Assembly: GCA_963809895.1 (NCBI GenBank)
Contig: CAWELD010000003.1
Coordinates: forward strand, 1,440,001-1,504,000
Direction of reading: 5' to 3'
DNA: 64,000 nucleotides
DNA from: an uncultured Gemmatimonadales bacterium
GTDB taxonomy: Bacteria; Gemmatimonadota; Gemmatimonadetes; Longimicrobiales; Gaopeijiaceae
In this document: positions 27,797 through 37,263 of the stretch, one piece after another
Layout: each line of letters begins with the position of its first letter
Position numbering within the stretch: position 1 is the stretch's first letter
Position numbers and translations under genes: made by a program
Notes under the pieces: model-generated
The model's input: the letters and a program-made list of their open reading frames with translations, nothing else
The model's database searches: none
Told to the model about the DNA's origin: nothing

Positions 27797-29215
27797 TCAG
27801 GAGGTGATGTAGTCCGCCACGCGGATCCCGTATTTCTCGGGATCGGTGGTCTTCAGGATCGTGCGGGCCTGGCCGTCGGGGGCCGTGTGCGGCTTGGTGA
27901 GGTCCAACGTCACCGGGTCGGCCAGCGGTACGCCCATGGCATCGGAGATGAGCTTCACCGTGGGCAGGTGCAGGAAGCGCGGGTCCGGGTTCACCTCGGC
28001 CACCACCGCCAACTCGAAGGAGTCCAGGATGACCAGCGTTCCCACCGGGAACACGCCGGTGGCGGTGACGAGGGCCTTCACCAGGAGCGGATCGTATCCG
28101 CGGCGCGGGTTGTCCCTCATCTCGCGCAGGACCTGGTCCGGCGGCCAGGGCCGGTACTGGTAGCTGCGCACCGAGGTGCCGGCGTCGAAGCCGTCGGCCA
28201 CCGCCACGATGCGCGAGAAGAGCCCGGGCTTGCGGTCACGGCGGTTCGGAGGATATCCGCTCAGATCCAGCTTCATGTGATGCTCGTAGGCGACCAGCAT
28301 CTGCCGGTAGGGCATGTCGCTGAATCCCACCATGTGGAACAGGAGAAGCAGCCCCTCCGTGGGGTGCTGTTTGAGGATCATCCACTCCTCGTCGTCGAGC
28401 CCGCCGGGCTTGTTGATGATGTCCCGGTCGATCCTCATCTTGCCGATGTCGTGGAAGAGGGCCCCGAGGCCCAGATCGTAGAGCTGCATGCGATCCAGAC
28501 CCAGCCGCTGCCCGATGATGAGGCTGAAGATGCACACGTTCACGCAGTGGGTGAACGTGTACTCGTCGAAGTCCCGGAGGGTGGTCATGGTGAGGATCGA
28601 GGGCTCGTTGGAAAGCACCTGATCCACGATGCTCTGCACCGCCCGCTTCACCTTACGCACGTTCACGGCCCGGCCCAGGCGCACGTCTTCGAGGGCGTCG
28701 CGAGCCACCTTCACGGTCTGCACGTAGGTCCGCTTGGCAGCGGCCAGCGCCTCCTCCTTCTCCTCCTCGGCCACCTCCTTCTCGGGCCGGGTCTCTACGT
28801 GGATGACCGGCGTCCGGTCCATGCGCTCCAGGAAGGCCGCGTACGGGTCGTCTTCGTCGGGCTCGCGCAGAAGGAGCGCCAGGAAGGGCGCCCACTCGTC
28901 GCGGCCGATGCCCGGCAGGACGTCGATGGCGCCGATGCCGTGATCCAGTAGCGTGTGGGCGAAGTTGCCGAAGGTCGCGAAGTTGGAGAGGTCCAACCGC
29001 AGACGGGTCTCGTTGAGGAAGAAGAACTCGCCCACGACCCGGAGCTCCATGCCTTCCTCGACGTCCACCAGCCCGGTGACCAGCGCGTGCAGATCGTCCA
29101 GCGCCTGCTGCACGGTGGCGTTCTCCACCGGATAGAGCTTGAGCGAGCGCAACGCGCCGTAGAAGGCCGCCAACAGGCGGCGTCCCCGCTCCTGGACGCT
29201 CATGGCCGCAGTCAC
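27797..29215 (-). CDS. HD-GYP domain protein (putative cyclic dinucleotide phosphodiesterase)
   Basis: DEYTFTHCVNV, FHDIGK, KPGGL, HPTEG, EHHMKLDLSGYP, IVAVADGFDA. Confidence 0.88.
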   Translation of the reverse strand: MTAAMSVQERGRRLLAAFYGALRSLKLYPVENATVQQALDDLHALVTGLVDVEEGMELRVVGEFFFLNETRLRLDLSNFATFGNFAHTLLDHGIGAIDVLPGIGRDEWAPFLALLLREPDEDDPYAAFLERMDRTPVIHVETRPEKEVAEEEKEEALAAAKRTYVQTVKVARDALEDVRLGRAVNVRKVKRAVQSIVDQVLSNEPSILTMTTLRDFDEYTFTHCVNVCIFSLIIGQRLGLDRMQLYDLGLGALFHDIGKMRIDRDIINKPGGLDDEEWMILKQHPTEGLLLLFHMVGFSDMPYRQMLVAYEHHMKLDLSGYPPNRRDRKPGLFSRIVAVADGFDAGTSVRSYQYRPWPPDQVLREMRDNPRRGYDPLLVKALVTATGVFPVGTLVILDSFELAVVAEVNPDPRFLHLPTVKLISDAMGVPLADPVTLDLTKPHTAPDGQARTILKTTDPEKYGIRVADYITS

Positions 29216-29216
29216 G

Positions 29217-30950
29217 TCACTCGCCTCCGCCCCGGAGCGCCCGGTTCACGGCGCTGCGCACCACGGGATCCTCTTCGCGCACGGCCTCCTCCAGCGCCTG
29301 GTGCGCCTCCGGGAGCCCGACCTTGCCGAGTCCGAGGGCGGCGCAGGCCCTGAGCTCGGCGGCCTCGCGGCGTCCGAGAAATCCGCGGCCGTTCAGGAGG
29401 CGGGCCAGGTAGGGCACCGACGCTTCCTGGCCCACGAGGCCGAAGCTCTCGAAGAAGGCGATCTGCTCGCTCAGGTCGGCGCTGCGAAGCTCACGGCTCT
29501 GGAGCGCGGCCTTGAGGGCGTCGGCGGCCGGGCGGTAGCGCAGCGTGCCCAGCGCCCGCGCCGCGGAGATGCGCACCTCGCGCACCGGATCGTCGAGGGC
29601 GGTGATGAGCCCGCCGGCCACGGTGGAGGCCCGGAGCTCGACCGCCGCTTCCACCGCCGCGAGTCGCACCTCGGGATCCCCGTGTCGGAAGAGGTCCGCC
29701 AGCGCCCCGGTCACGGCGCCCACCTTCATGCGCGCGGCCAGGCGAGCCGCACCGGCCACGATCACCGGGTCGGGGTGCGCCAGCAGCGCGGTGAGCTCCC
29801 GCAGGTGACGGGACGCGATCCCCTCGACGGCCTCGCGCAGGACCGGCTGCAACTCCCGACGCTCGGTGAGCTCGGTGGCTCGCAGCAGCGGGCCCAGCGC
29901 GCCGGCACGGAGGTGTTGCAGGAAGGCCCCGAGCTCCCGGGGACGGGGCGCCAGCGACCCGTCCTCCAGCGCCCGTACCACCTCCTGCATGGTCTCGCCA
30001 CTGCTCAACGCGTCCAGGAGGCGAGTGAGCTGTCCCCGGCGCTCTGCGTCGAGCACGTCGTCGTCGCGCTCCTCCATGCGCGCCAGCTCCTCCAGCAGGC
30101 CCGCGGCGGCGCGCAGGGCGCCCCGGGACAGGAGCGTGGGCAGGAGCGTGTGGAAGATCCCCACGATCTCCGACTGGCGCTCCCGGTGCTCCGACTCCTC
30201 CAGACGATCCAGGAGCGCGGCCAGCACGGCGCCCCGCACGTCCCGCTCCATCTCGCGGGTGATCTCCGCGCGCAGCTCATCCATCTCCCGGGGGTCCAGC
30301 GCGTACAGCGTGGGGTTGAAATCCTCGCGGTTCACCAGCTCCGGCGTGGGGGTCAGCGGGCCCACCGCGCCGGTAGGCCGGCCGTTCTCCACCTCCTCTT
30401 CCAGCACCTGCTGGAGCTGCGTCTGCGACGCCGGCTCCCCGGGCTCGGGAACGTCGACGCCCTCGGCGAGGATGTCGACGTAGAAGTACTTGAGGTATTC
30501 GAGCTCGGCCTCCCAGAGCAGCGTCAGGAGGTCGTCGCCGTCGATGCGGGCCTGGCGCGCCTTCTGGAGGACGCCCAGGAAGATCTCCAGCTCGCCCTCG
30601 ATGCCTGGCAGGAAGGTGAGCTCCCGGACGCCGTCCTTGTAGACCAGGAAGGCCAACGACTCGTTCCTGGACGCGGTGCGGTACACCTCGACGCCTTCGT
30701 AGATGAGCGAGTCCTCCTGGACCGCCACCGTGAGCTCGTCGAGCTCGGTCCACAGATGCTGAAACGCCTCGCGCAGCGCAGACACGAAGCGATGGTAGAC
30801 GGGGTTGTTCTCGTCATAGAGCTGGAACGCTCTGAGCGCCTTGCCCAGCGTGACGAAGAGCGCCCGCACCTCCTCCACCGGGAAGAGGTCTTCCGGCATG
30901 TCCCCGGCGGCGGCGGGAACCGAAGCCGAATCGGCGGGCAGGTCGCTCAC
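29217..30950 (-). CDS. HEAT-repeat protein with uncharacterised N-terminal domain
   Basis: C-terminal HEAT/PBS-like repeats (HPDPVIVAGAARL, HGDPEVRLAAVEA, DDPVREVRISAARALG, EEDPVVRSAVNRAL). Confidence 0.85.
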   Translation of the reverse strand: MSDLPADSASVPAAAGDMPEDLFPVEEVRALFVTLGKALRAFQLYDENNPVYHRFVSALREAFQHLWTELDELTVAVQEDSLIYEGVEVYRTASRNESLAFLVYKDGVRELTFLPGIEGELEIFLGVLQKARQARIDGDDLLTLLWEAELEYLKYFYVDILAEGVDVPEPGEPASQTQLQQVLEEEVENGRPTGAVGPLTPTPELVNREDFNPTLYALDPREMDELRAEITREMERDVRGAVLAALLDRLEESEHRERQSEIVGIFHTLLPTLLSRGALRAAAGLLEELARMEERDDDVLDAERRGQLTRLLDALSSGETMQEVVRALEDGSLAPRPRELGAFLQHLRAGALGPLLRATELTERRELQPVLREAVEGIASRHLRELTALLAHPDPVIVAGAARLAARMKVGAVTGALADLFRHGDPEVRLAAVEAAVELRASTVAGGLITALDDPVREVRISAARALGTLRYRPAADALKAALQSRELRSADLSEQIAFFESFGLVGQEASVPYLARLLNGRGFLGRREAAELRACAALGLGKVGLPEAHQALEEAVREEDPVVRSAVNRALRGGGE

Positions 30951-30960
30951 ACGTCCTCGG

Positions 30961-32172
30961 TCACTGGAGGATCGAGCCTCGGCCCTCGACCCGGGCCACG
31001 TGCGCCACGTCCTTGTCTCCCCGGCCGCTCAGCGACACCAGCACGGGGCCTCGCCCGGCGTGGGACGTCCCCATGGTGAGAACGTGAGCGATGGCGTGGG
31101 CCGTTTCCAGCGCGGGAATGATCCCCTCCAGTCGCGAGAGCCTGTGGAACGCCGACAGCGCGGCCTCGTCCGTGACCGAAACGTACGTCGCCCGACCACT
31201 GTCCTTCAGGTAGGCATGTTCGGGTCCCACGCCCGGATAGTCCAGTCCGGCGGATACGGAGTGAGCCGGTGACACCTGGCCGTCGGCATCCTGGAGAAGA
31301 TAGCTCATGGCCCCGTGCAGGACACCCGGCTCGCCCGCAGACAGCGTCGCCGCGTGGCGGCCCGAGGCGATCCCCTCGCCCGCGGCCTCCACACCCACCA
31401 GCTCGACGCCCTCGTCGGCCACGAAGGCGTGGAAGATCCCCATGGCGTTGGAGCCCCCACCCACACACGCGACCACGGCGGCGGGCAGGCGGCCCTCCAC
31501 GTCCAGGATCTGGGCCCGGGCTTCGACCCCGATCACCGACTGGAGCTCTCGCACGATCTGCGGGAACGGGTGCGGCCCCACCACCGAGCCGATGACGTAG
31601 TGCGTGTCGGCCACGTTGGTGACCCAGTCCCGAAGCGCTTCGTTGGTGGCGTCCTTGAGGGTCTGCGTGCCCGAGGTCACCGGACGCACCTCGGCCCCCA
31701 GCAACTCCATGCGGTAGACGTTGAGCGCCTGCCGCTCCACGTCTTCCGCGCCCATGTACACGACGCAATCGAGGTCGAAGAGCGCACACGCGGTGGCGGT
31801 GGCGACGCCGTGTTGTCCCGCGCCCGTCTCGGCGATGATCCGTCGCTTGCCCATGCGGCGCGCGAGCAGAACCTGGCCCATGGTGTTGTTGATCTTGTGG
31901 GCCCCGGTGTGGTTGAGGTCCTCGCGCTTCAGGTAGATGGGCTCGAGGCCGGCGGCCTCCTCCAGGCGCCGGGCCCGATAGAGGGGCGTGGGTCGCCCCA
32001 CGTAGTCCCGCAGCAGGGCGTCGAGCTCCTCGCCGAAGGCCGGGTCCCGGCGAGCGTCGGCCCAGGCCTTCTCCAGCTCGTCGAGCGCGGTCATCAGCGT
32101 CTCGGGCACGTAGCGCCCACCGAATGTCCCGAAGCGTCCCGTGCGGTCCGCCGACGTCACCGATTCACTCAC
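30961..32172 (-). CDS. trpB: Tryptophan synthase beta chain
   Basis: [59 protein letters not shown]. Start GTG 32172. Confidence 0.97.
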   Translation of the reverse strand: MSESVTSADRTGRFGTFGGRYVPETLMTALDELEKAWADARRDPAFGEELDALLRDYVGRPTPLYRARRLEEAAGLEPIYLKREDLNHTGAHKINNTMGQVLLARRMGKRRIIAETGAGQHGVATATACALFDLDCVVYMGAEDVERQALNVYRMELLGAEVRPVTSGTQTLKDATNEALRDWVTNVADTHYVIGSVVGPHPFPQIVRELQSVIGVEARAQILDVEGRLPAAVVACVGGGSNAMGIFHAFVADEGVELVGVEAAGEGIASGRHAATLSAGEPGVLHGAMSYLLQDADGQVSPAHSVSAGLDYPGVGPEHAYLKDSGRATYVSVTDEAALSAFHRLSRLEGIIPALETAHAIAHVLTMGTSHAGRGPVLVSLSGRGDKDVAHVARVEGRGSILQ

Positions 32173-32855
32173 GTGGGGTCCTCGTCGTATGCGTTGCGTG
32201 CCATGCGGATGAAGCTGCGAACCCGCCCGGCGTCCTTGATGCCCGGACGGATCTCCACACCGGAGCTCACGTCGACCACGTCGGGCCGGAGCCGGCGTAT
32301 CGCTTCGCCCACGTTGTCCGGCTGCAAGCCGCCGGCCGCGATGAAGGTCAGATTCCCGGGGAACTCGTCGCGCAGAGGCGCCACCAGATCCCACGGGAAT
32401 CGCACTCCCGACCCGCCACGATGCTCCGGGTGCCAGCCGTCCAGAAGAAGGCCGTCCGCCAGGGGGCCGTACAGGTCCAGCGCCTCCCGCACCTCGGCGG
32501 CCGTACGAACGCGGAGCGCCTTCCACAGCCGCCAGGACCCCAGCTCCCGCAGGGCCTCCAGCACCCTTGGGGCTTCGTTGCCGTGCAACTGGAGCACGCT
32601 GGCGCCCGTAGCCCGGGCGAGCTGCGCGGCCCGGGACGGCGTCTCGTCGACCAGCACGCCCACCAGGGGGCGGCCCGTCTCGCCGGGGTAGCGGGTCGCG
32701 AGCCCCGGCTCCACGGACCTGCGAAAACCGGTGGACAGGATCGCACCGAGATAGTCGGCGCCGGCGTGGGCCGCTGCAAGGGCGTCCTCGAGGCGGGTGA
32801 TCCCGCAGATCTTCACCTCGGGACCGAGCCGATCCTCCATCTCCGGGTCAGCCAC
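32169..32855 (-). CDS. trpF: Phosphoribosylanthranilate isomerase
   Basis: [38 protein letters not shown]. Confidence 0.94.
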   Translation of the reverse strand: MADPEMEDRLGPEVKICGITRLEDALAAAHAGADYLGAILSTGFRRSVEPGLATRYPGETGRPLVGVLVDETPSRAAQLARATGASVLQLHGNEAPRVLEALRELGSWRLWKALRVRTAAEVREALDLYGPLADGLLLDGWHPEHRGGSGVRFPWDLVAPLRDEFPGNLTFIAAGGLQPDNVGEAIRRLRPDVVDVSSGVEIRPGIKDAGRVRSFIRMARNAYDEDPT

Positions 32856-33675
32856 GGACGGTCTCGCTGCGGGCCCGGCCGGCCAGCTCCCGGACCTTCG
32901 CCCCCGGGTCCGGCGCCTTCAGGATGGACTCGCCCACCAGCACGGCGTCCACGCCGGCCTTGCCGAGCCGGGCTACGTCGTCACCGGTACGGATGCCGCT
33001 CTCGGAGACCACCACCACCTCGTCGGGAAGGCGCTCCAGCAGGCCTTCGGTGACGGCGAGATCGGTTCGGAAGGTACGGAGATCTCGATTGTTGATCCCG
33101 ATCACGCGCGCGCCCGAGCGCAGCGCTCGCTCGAGCTCGGTGGCGTCGTGCACCTCCACCAGCGCCGCCATCCCCAGACCCTCCGCCCGTTCCCTGAGAT
33201 CGCGCAGGGGGGCGTCGTCCAGGATGCGCACGATGAGGAGCACCGCGTCGGCCCCGGCGGCCCGGGCCTCATCGACCTGGATCGCTTCCAGGGTGAAGTC
33301 CTTGCGGAGCGCGGGCAGCGGCACGGCGTCGCGCACCGCGGCCAGATCGTGGAGAGAGCCACCGAACCAGGGGCCGTCGGTGAGCACGCTGACGGCGGCC
33401 GCGCCGGAGCGCTCATAGCCCGACGCCAGGTCGGCCGGGTCCAGGTCCGGACGGATGGCCCCCGCCCCCGGCGAGCGGCGCTTCACCTCGGCGATGACCG
33501 ACACCGAGTCACCCCCGGCCAGCGCCCCGGCGAAATCGCGGGCCGCCGGTGCCGCCTCGGCGCGCTCCCGGAGCTCGGCGGCGGCGGGCTTCAACGCCGC
33601 GATCTCGGTGCGCTTCGTCTCGACGATGGCCTGCAGGATGTCGCCCTGCGGCCTCGATCCTTGCGTTTCGGGCAA
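32848..33675 (-). CDS. trpC: Indole-3-glycerol phosphate synthase
   Basis: IAEVKRRSP, SVLTD, LRKDF, GADAVLLI, LVEVH, GINNRDL, SESGI, LVGES. Start taken as TTG 33675 (AAGGA upstream) because the ORF-track start overlaps lexA. Confidence 0.93.
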   Translation of the reverse strand: MPETQGSRPQGDILQAIVETKRTEIAALKPAAAELRERAEAAPAARDFAGALAGGDSVSVIAEVKRRSPGAGAIRPDLDPADLASGYERSGAAAVSVLTDGPWFGGSLHDLAAVRDAVPLPALRKDFTLEAIQVDEARAAGADAVLLIVRILDDAPLRDLRERAEGLGMAALVEVHDATELERALRSGARVIGINNRDLRTFRTDLAVTEGLLERLPDEVVVVSESGIRTGDDVARLGKAGVDAVLVGESILKAPDPGAKVRELAGRARSETVRG

Positions 33676-33708
33676 CGTTCGGGTATCCTTACTTCGGTTC
33701 CTGTTCGG
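33666..33708 (+). promoter_or_regulatory. Two candidate LexA operators (TTCGG-N6-TTCGG direct repeats, near-matches to GTTC-N7-GTTC)
   Basis: tTTCGGgcaacgTTCGG at 33666-33682 and cTTCGGttcctgTTCGG at 33692-33708, immediately upstream of lexA. Confidence 0.6.
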
Positions 33709-33730
33709 TACCCACCGATGGAGGGCACGC

Positions 33731-34342
33731 ATGCCCCTGACCAAGCGTCAGAAAGAGATCCTCGATCACATCAGCGCGTTCATCGAGGAGTGGGGGTACG
33801 CCCCGAGCTTCGAGGAGATCGCCGAGCATTTCGGGTATTCCTCGCTGGCGACGGTGCACGAGCACCTGAGCAATCTGGAGCGCAAGGGATACATACGGAA
33901 GGCCTACAACGAGAGCCGCTCCATCGAGCTCGTGGACCGCGACGGAAGCGGCACCTCGGGCATGGAGCTTCCCCTCCTCGGAAGCGTGGCCGCGGGCCTC
34001 CCCATCGAAGCGGTCGAGGACAACGAGACCCTGAGCGTGCCACCGGACATGGTGCGGCGCAACCGGGAGAACTACGTGCTCCGGGTGCAGGGTGACTCGA
34101 TGATCGACGAGCAGATCCGCGACGGGGACTACATCGTGGTGGCGGCGCAGGACACCGCCGACGACGGGCAGATGGTGGTGGCGCTGGTGGGCGGGGACTC
34201 GGCCACCGTGAAGAAGCTCTACCGCGAGGCGGGCAACCGCATCCGCCTGCAGCCGGCCAACCCCACCATGTCCCCCATCGTGGAAGACGCCCGCAACGTC
34301 CGTATCCAGGGCGTGGTCGTGGGCGTCATCCGCAAGTACTGA
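33731..34342 (+). CDS. lexA: SOS repressor LexA
   Basis: LTKRQKEIL, APSFEEI, SLATVHEHL helix, VAAG cleavage site, GDSM (Ser), TVKK (Lys). RBS GGAGG precedes ATG 33731. Confidence 0.96.
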   Translation: MPLTKRQKEILDHISAFIEEWGYAPSFEEIAEHFGYSSLATVHEHLSNLERKGYIRKAYNESRSIELVDRDGSGTSGMELPLLGSVAAGLPIEAVEDNETLSVPPDMVRRNRENYVLRVQGDSMIDEQIRDGDYIVVAAQDTADDGQMVVALVGGDSATVKKLYREAGNRIRLQPANPTMSPIVEDARNVRIQGVVVGVIRKY

Positions 34343-34512
34343 TGCCCGCCGAGACCGCGCGCCGGCGCACCTTCCTGGTGGGTCGGCTCACGCACCGGAC
34401 CCGGGAGATCCAGTGGGTGGAGCCCCAACCGTCACCGCTCCCGGGGCCGTGGTCGCTCAAGGCGGTGGTGCGGGAGCGCGCCCTGCAGCCCGCGCTCCGG
34501 CTGGTGCGCTGA
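34342..34512 (+). CDS. Unannotated 56-aa protein translationally coupled to lexA, with an SspB-like C-terminal motif
   Basis: TGATG overlap with the lexA stop. MPAETARRRTFLVGRLTHRTREIQWVEPQPSPLPGPWSLKAVVRERALQPALRLVR*. Nearly all third codon positions are G/C. Below the ORF-track length cutoff. Confidence 0.7.
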   Translation: MPAETARRRTFLVGRLTHRTREIQWVEPQPSPLPGPWSLKAVVRERALQPALRLVR

Positions 34513-34525
34513 CCGCCGCTGGTCA

Positions 34526-34547
34526 GGGGCAATCCCGAGGATTCCCC
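34526..34547. terminator. Hairpin between the convergent lexA unit and trpD
   Basis: GGGG-C-AATCC-CGA-GGATT-CCCC, no U-tract. Confidence 0.35.
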
Positions 34548-34555
34548 GGCGGCCT

Positions 34556-35611
34556 TCAGGCGTTGGAGGCTGCAGCCAGCGCGTCGAGCTTGGACAGCGC
34601 AGCGCCCGAATCGATGCTTTCGCGGGCGACCGTCACACCCTCCTCGAGAGACGCGGCGGCGTCTGCCACGTAGATGGCCGCGCCGGCGTTGAGGAGCACG
34701 GCCGAGCGCGCGGCGCCCGACTCCTTCCCCTCGAGCACCCGCCGGATGAGGGCGGCGTTGTCCTGGGGCTCCCCTCCCCGCAGTCCCTCGAGCCCGTGCG
34801 GCTCCAGACCCAGGCCAGCCGGCGTCACCTCGCGCTCCACCACGCCGTCGGGGCCGAGCTCCGAGACCTGTGACGGACCGCTGGGGCTGAGCTCGTCCAT
34901 GCCCGGCGAACCGTGCACCACCAGCGCCCGCGTGTGACCCAGGGCGGCCAGCGCCTCCACGATGAGGGTCCGCAGCGCCGGGTCGGCCACGCCCACCACC
35001 TGCCGGCGCGCGCCCGCGGGGTTGGTGAGGGGTCCCAGGATGTTCATGATGGTGGCGATTCCCAGGCCACGACGGACCGGCGCCACGTGCCGCATGGCCG
35101 GGTGAAGAAGCGGTGCGAACATGAAGACGATCCCCACCTCGGCGAGGATCTCGCCCATGCGCTCGGGCGTCAGATCGATGCGCACGCCCAGCGCCTCCAG
35201 CACGTCGGCGCTGCCACTGCGCGAAGTGAAGGAGCGGTTACCGTGCTTGGCCATGCGCACCCCGGCGCCGGCGGCCACCAGCGCCGCAGCGGTGGAGATG
35301 TTGAAGGTGGTCACGGCGCCACCGCCGGTGCCGGCGGTGTCCACCAGCGCGTCGGGATCGGCCGACTCCACGGGAACCATGGCGTTGCGCAGCGCCCGCA
35401 CGCCGCCCGCGACCTCGGCAGGAGTGATGCCCTTGGTTCGGAGCCCCATGAGCAGGGCGGCCATCTCGATGTCGGTGGCCACCCCGGCCATGAAGGCGTC
35501 GAAGGCCTCCTCGGCCTCGCCGATGGTCAGGTCCGCGCCGCCGGAGACCTTGAGGAGGAGGGCCGGAAAGTCCGGAAGCGGGGCCTCGGTGGGCGGAGGC
35601 GTCTGCGCCAT
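34556..35611 (-). CDS. trpD: Anthranilate phosphoribosyltransferase
   Basis: DTAGTGGG, FNIST, KHGNRS...SGSADVLEALG, NILGPLTNP, GMDELS. Confidence 0.96.
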   Translation of the reverse strand: MAQTPPPTEAPLPDFPALLLKVSGGADLTIGEAEEAFDAFMAGVATDIEMAALLMGLRTKGITPAEVAGGVRALRNAMVPVESADPDALVDTAGTGGGAVTTFNISTAAALVAAGAGVRMAKHGNRSFTSRSGSADVLEALGVRIDLTPERMGEILAEVGIVFMFAPLLHPAMRHVAPVRRGLGIATIMNILGPLTNPAGARRQVVGVADPALRTLIVEALAALGHTRALVVHGSPGMDELSPSGPSQVSELGPDGVVEREVTPAGLGLEPHGLEGLRGGEPQDNAALIRRVLEGKESGAARSAVLLNAGAAIYVADAAASLEEGVTVARESIDSGAALSKLDALAAASNA

Positions 35612-35702
35612 GGAAGCGGCCTTCGAGAAGCGGAGGGTGGTCGGGAGCCAGAATGCCTAATCTCCCGTGCGCGCGGCGTCAAATCGGCACGCCCCGGCTC
35701 GC

Positions 35703-35730
35703 TTGACTTCGACCGCGCCGCCTCTACCTT
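35703..35730 (+). promoter_or_regulatory. Putative sigma70 promoter of truA (TTGACT-N16-TACCTT), possibly leaderless
   Basis: The -10 hexamer ends 6 nt before the GTG start at 35737 and there is no SD. Confidence 0.5.
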
Positions 35731-35736
35731 TCCGGC

Positions 35737-36567
35737 GTGTCATCCGGGGAGAAGCGCCGCTTCGAGCTCACGCTCCAGTACGACGGAACCGACTTCCACG
35801 GCTGGCAGGTCCAGCCGGGTCTCCGGACCGTCCAGGGCGTGATCGAGGCGGTGGTGGCCCGCATCACCGAACGGCACCGCACGGTGCTGGCTTCGGGGCG
35901 CACCGACACCGGCGTCCACGCCACCGGTCAGGTGGCCACCCTGGACGTGCCGGCGAAGTGGACGGGGCCCACACTGCGGAAGGCCGTCAACGCACTCCTG
36001 CCGCGCGACGTCTGGTTGGCGGGCATCCGGGAGGTACCGAACACCTTCCATCCTCGCTACCATGCAATAGCGCGCACCTATCAGTACCGGCTGGGACTGG
36101 CGCCCGAGGCCTTCTCGCCCTTCCAGCGGCCCTGGTGCTGGGCGATGGACGAGGCGCTGGACCGGTCGGCCATGGAGGCCGCCGCGGCGCTCCTTCCGGG
36201 CGAGCACTCGTTCCTCGGCTTCGCGAAGTCGGGGCAGCCGGAGCGCGGCGATCGCTGCACGGTGCACGCGGCGCGCTGGAGCGCGTGGGAACGGATGGGG
36301 CTGGTCTTCACCATGACCGCCAACCGGTACCTGCACCACATGGTGCGCTACCTGGTGGGAACCATGGTGGAGGTGGGTCGGGGCCGACGGCCGTTCGAGG
36401 ACGTGGGCACCCTCCTGGAGGATCCCGGGGGCGACCTGAGAACGTCGCCCCCAGCGCCTCCCGAGGGTCTCTACCTCGCTCGAGTGGAGTACCCTCCGGA
36501 AGCCTACGAGGCGACCCGGAGCGTTGCCGTTACCGAACCCGAGAGCCGGAGTCCGTCCGAGCCATGA
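35737..36567 (+). CDS. truA: tRNA pseudouridine(38-40) synthase
   Basis: [44 protein letters not shown]. Confidence 0.95.
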   Translation: MSSGEKRRFELTLQYDGTDFHGWQVQPGLRTVQGVIEAVVARITERHRTVLASGRTDTGVHATGQVATLDVPAKWTGPTLRKAVNALLPRDVWLAGIREVPNTFHPRYHAIARTYQYRLGLAPEAFSPFQRPWCWAMDEALDRSAMEAAAALLPGEHSFLGFAKSGQPERGDRCTVHAARWSAWERMGLVFTMTANRYLHHMVRYLVGTMVEVGRGRRPFEDVGTLLEDPGGDLRTSPPAPPEGLYLARVEYPPEAYEATRSVAVTEPESRSPSEP

Positions 36568-37220
36568 AGATCTTTCTCGACACTGCCGACGTGAACGAGA
36601 TCCGCCGCGCCGCCGATGCGGGTCTCATCGACGGGGTCACCACGAACCCCTCCCTCCTGTCCAAGGTCGCCGGTGACCGGGATCCCCAGGACATCTTCCT
36701 GGAGATCTGCGAAGCCGTCGATGGTCCGGTGAGCGCCGAGGTGGTCGCCGTGGAGCGCGACGACATGGTCAAGGAGGGCACGCGCCTGGCCAAGATCCAC
36801 GACAACATCGTGGTGAAGTGCCCCCTCACCGAAGACGGGTTGCGGGCGTGCCGCGCGCTGACCAGCGACGGGATCCACGTCAACGTGACGCTGTGCTTTT
36901 CGCCCACCCAGGCCATGCTCGCCGCCAAGGCCGGAGCCACCTACATCTCGCCCTTCGTGGGACGTCTGGACGACATCTCGCACGACGGCATGCATCTGGT
37001 GTCGCAGATTCGCCAGATCTACGACAACTACGAGGTCGAGACCCAGATCCTGACGGCGTCCATCCGTCATCCCCGCCACGTGGTGGAGGCGATGATCATC
37101 GGAAGCGACTGCGGGACCATGCCGACCAAGGTGCTGTACCAGCTTCTGGAGCATCCGCTGACCGACAAGGGACTGGACGGCTTCCTGGCGGACTGGAAGA
37201 AGCTGGGCAAGGACCTCTGA
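36564..37220 (+). CDS. Transaldolase / fructose-6-phosphate aldolase family protein
   Basis: [46 protein letters not shown]. Confidence 0.92.
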   Translation: MKIFLDTADVNEIRRAADAGLIDGVTTNPSLLSKVAGDRDPQDIFLEICEAVDGPVSAEVVAVERDDMVKEGTRLAKIHDNIVVKCPLTEDGLRACRALTSDGIHVNVTLCFSPTQAMLAAKAGATYISPFVGRLDDISHDGMHLVSQIRQIYDNYEVETQILTASIRHPRHVVEAMIIGSDCGTMPTKVLYQLLEHPLTDKGLDGFLADWKKLGKDL

Positions 37221-37263
37221 CGCGGCCGGCGAACCACGACGCAGCGGCGGAGACGGATCACAA

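Noticed and set aside
33676..33744. ORF-track N-terminal extensions of trpC (to 33744) and lexA (from 33455)
   Set aside because: They would overlap head-to-head. Family homology starts at about 33675 for trpC and 33731 for lexA.
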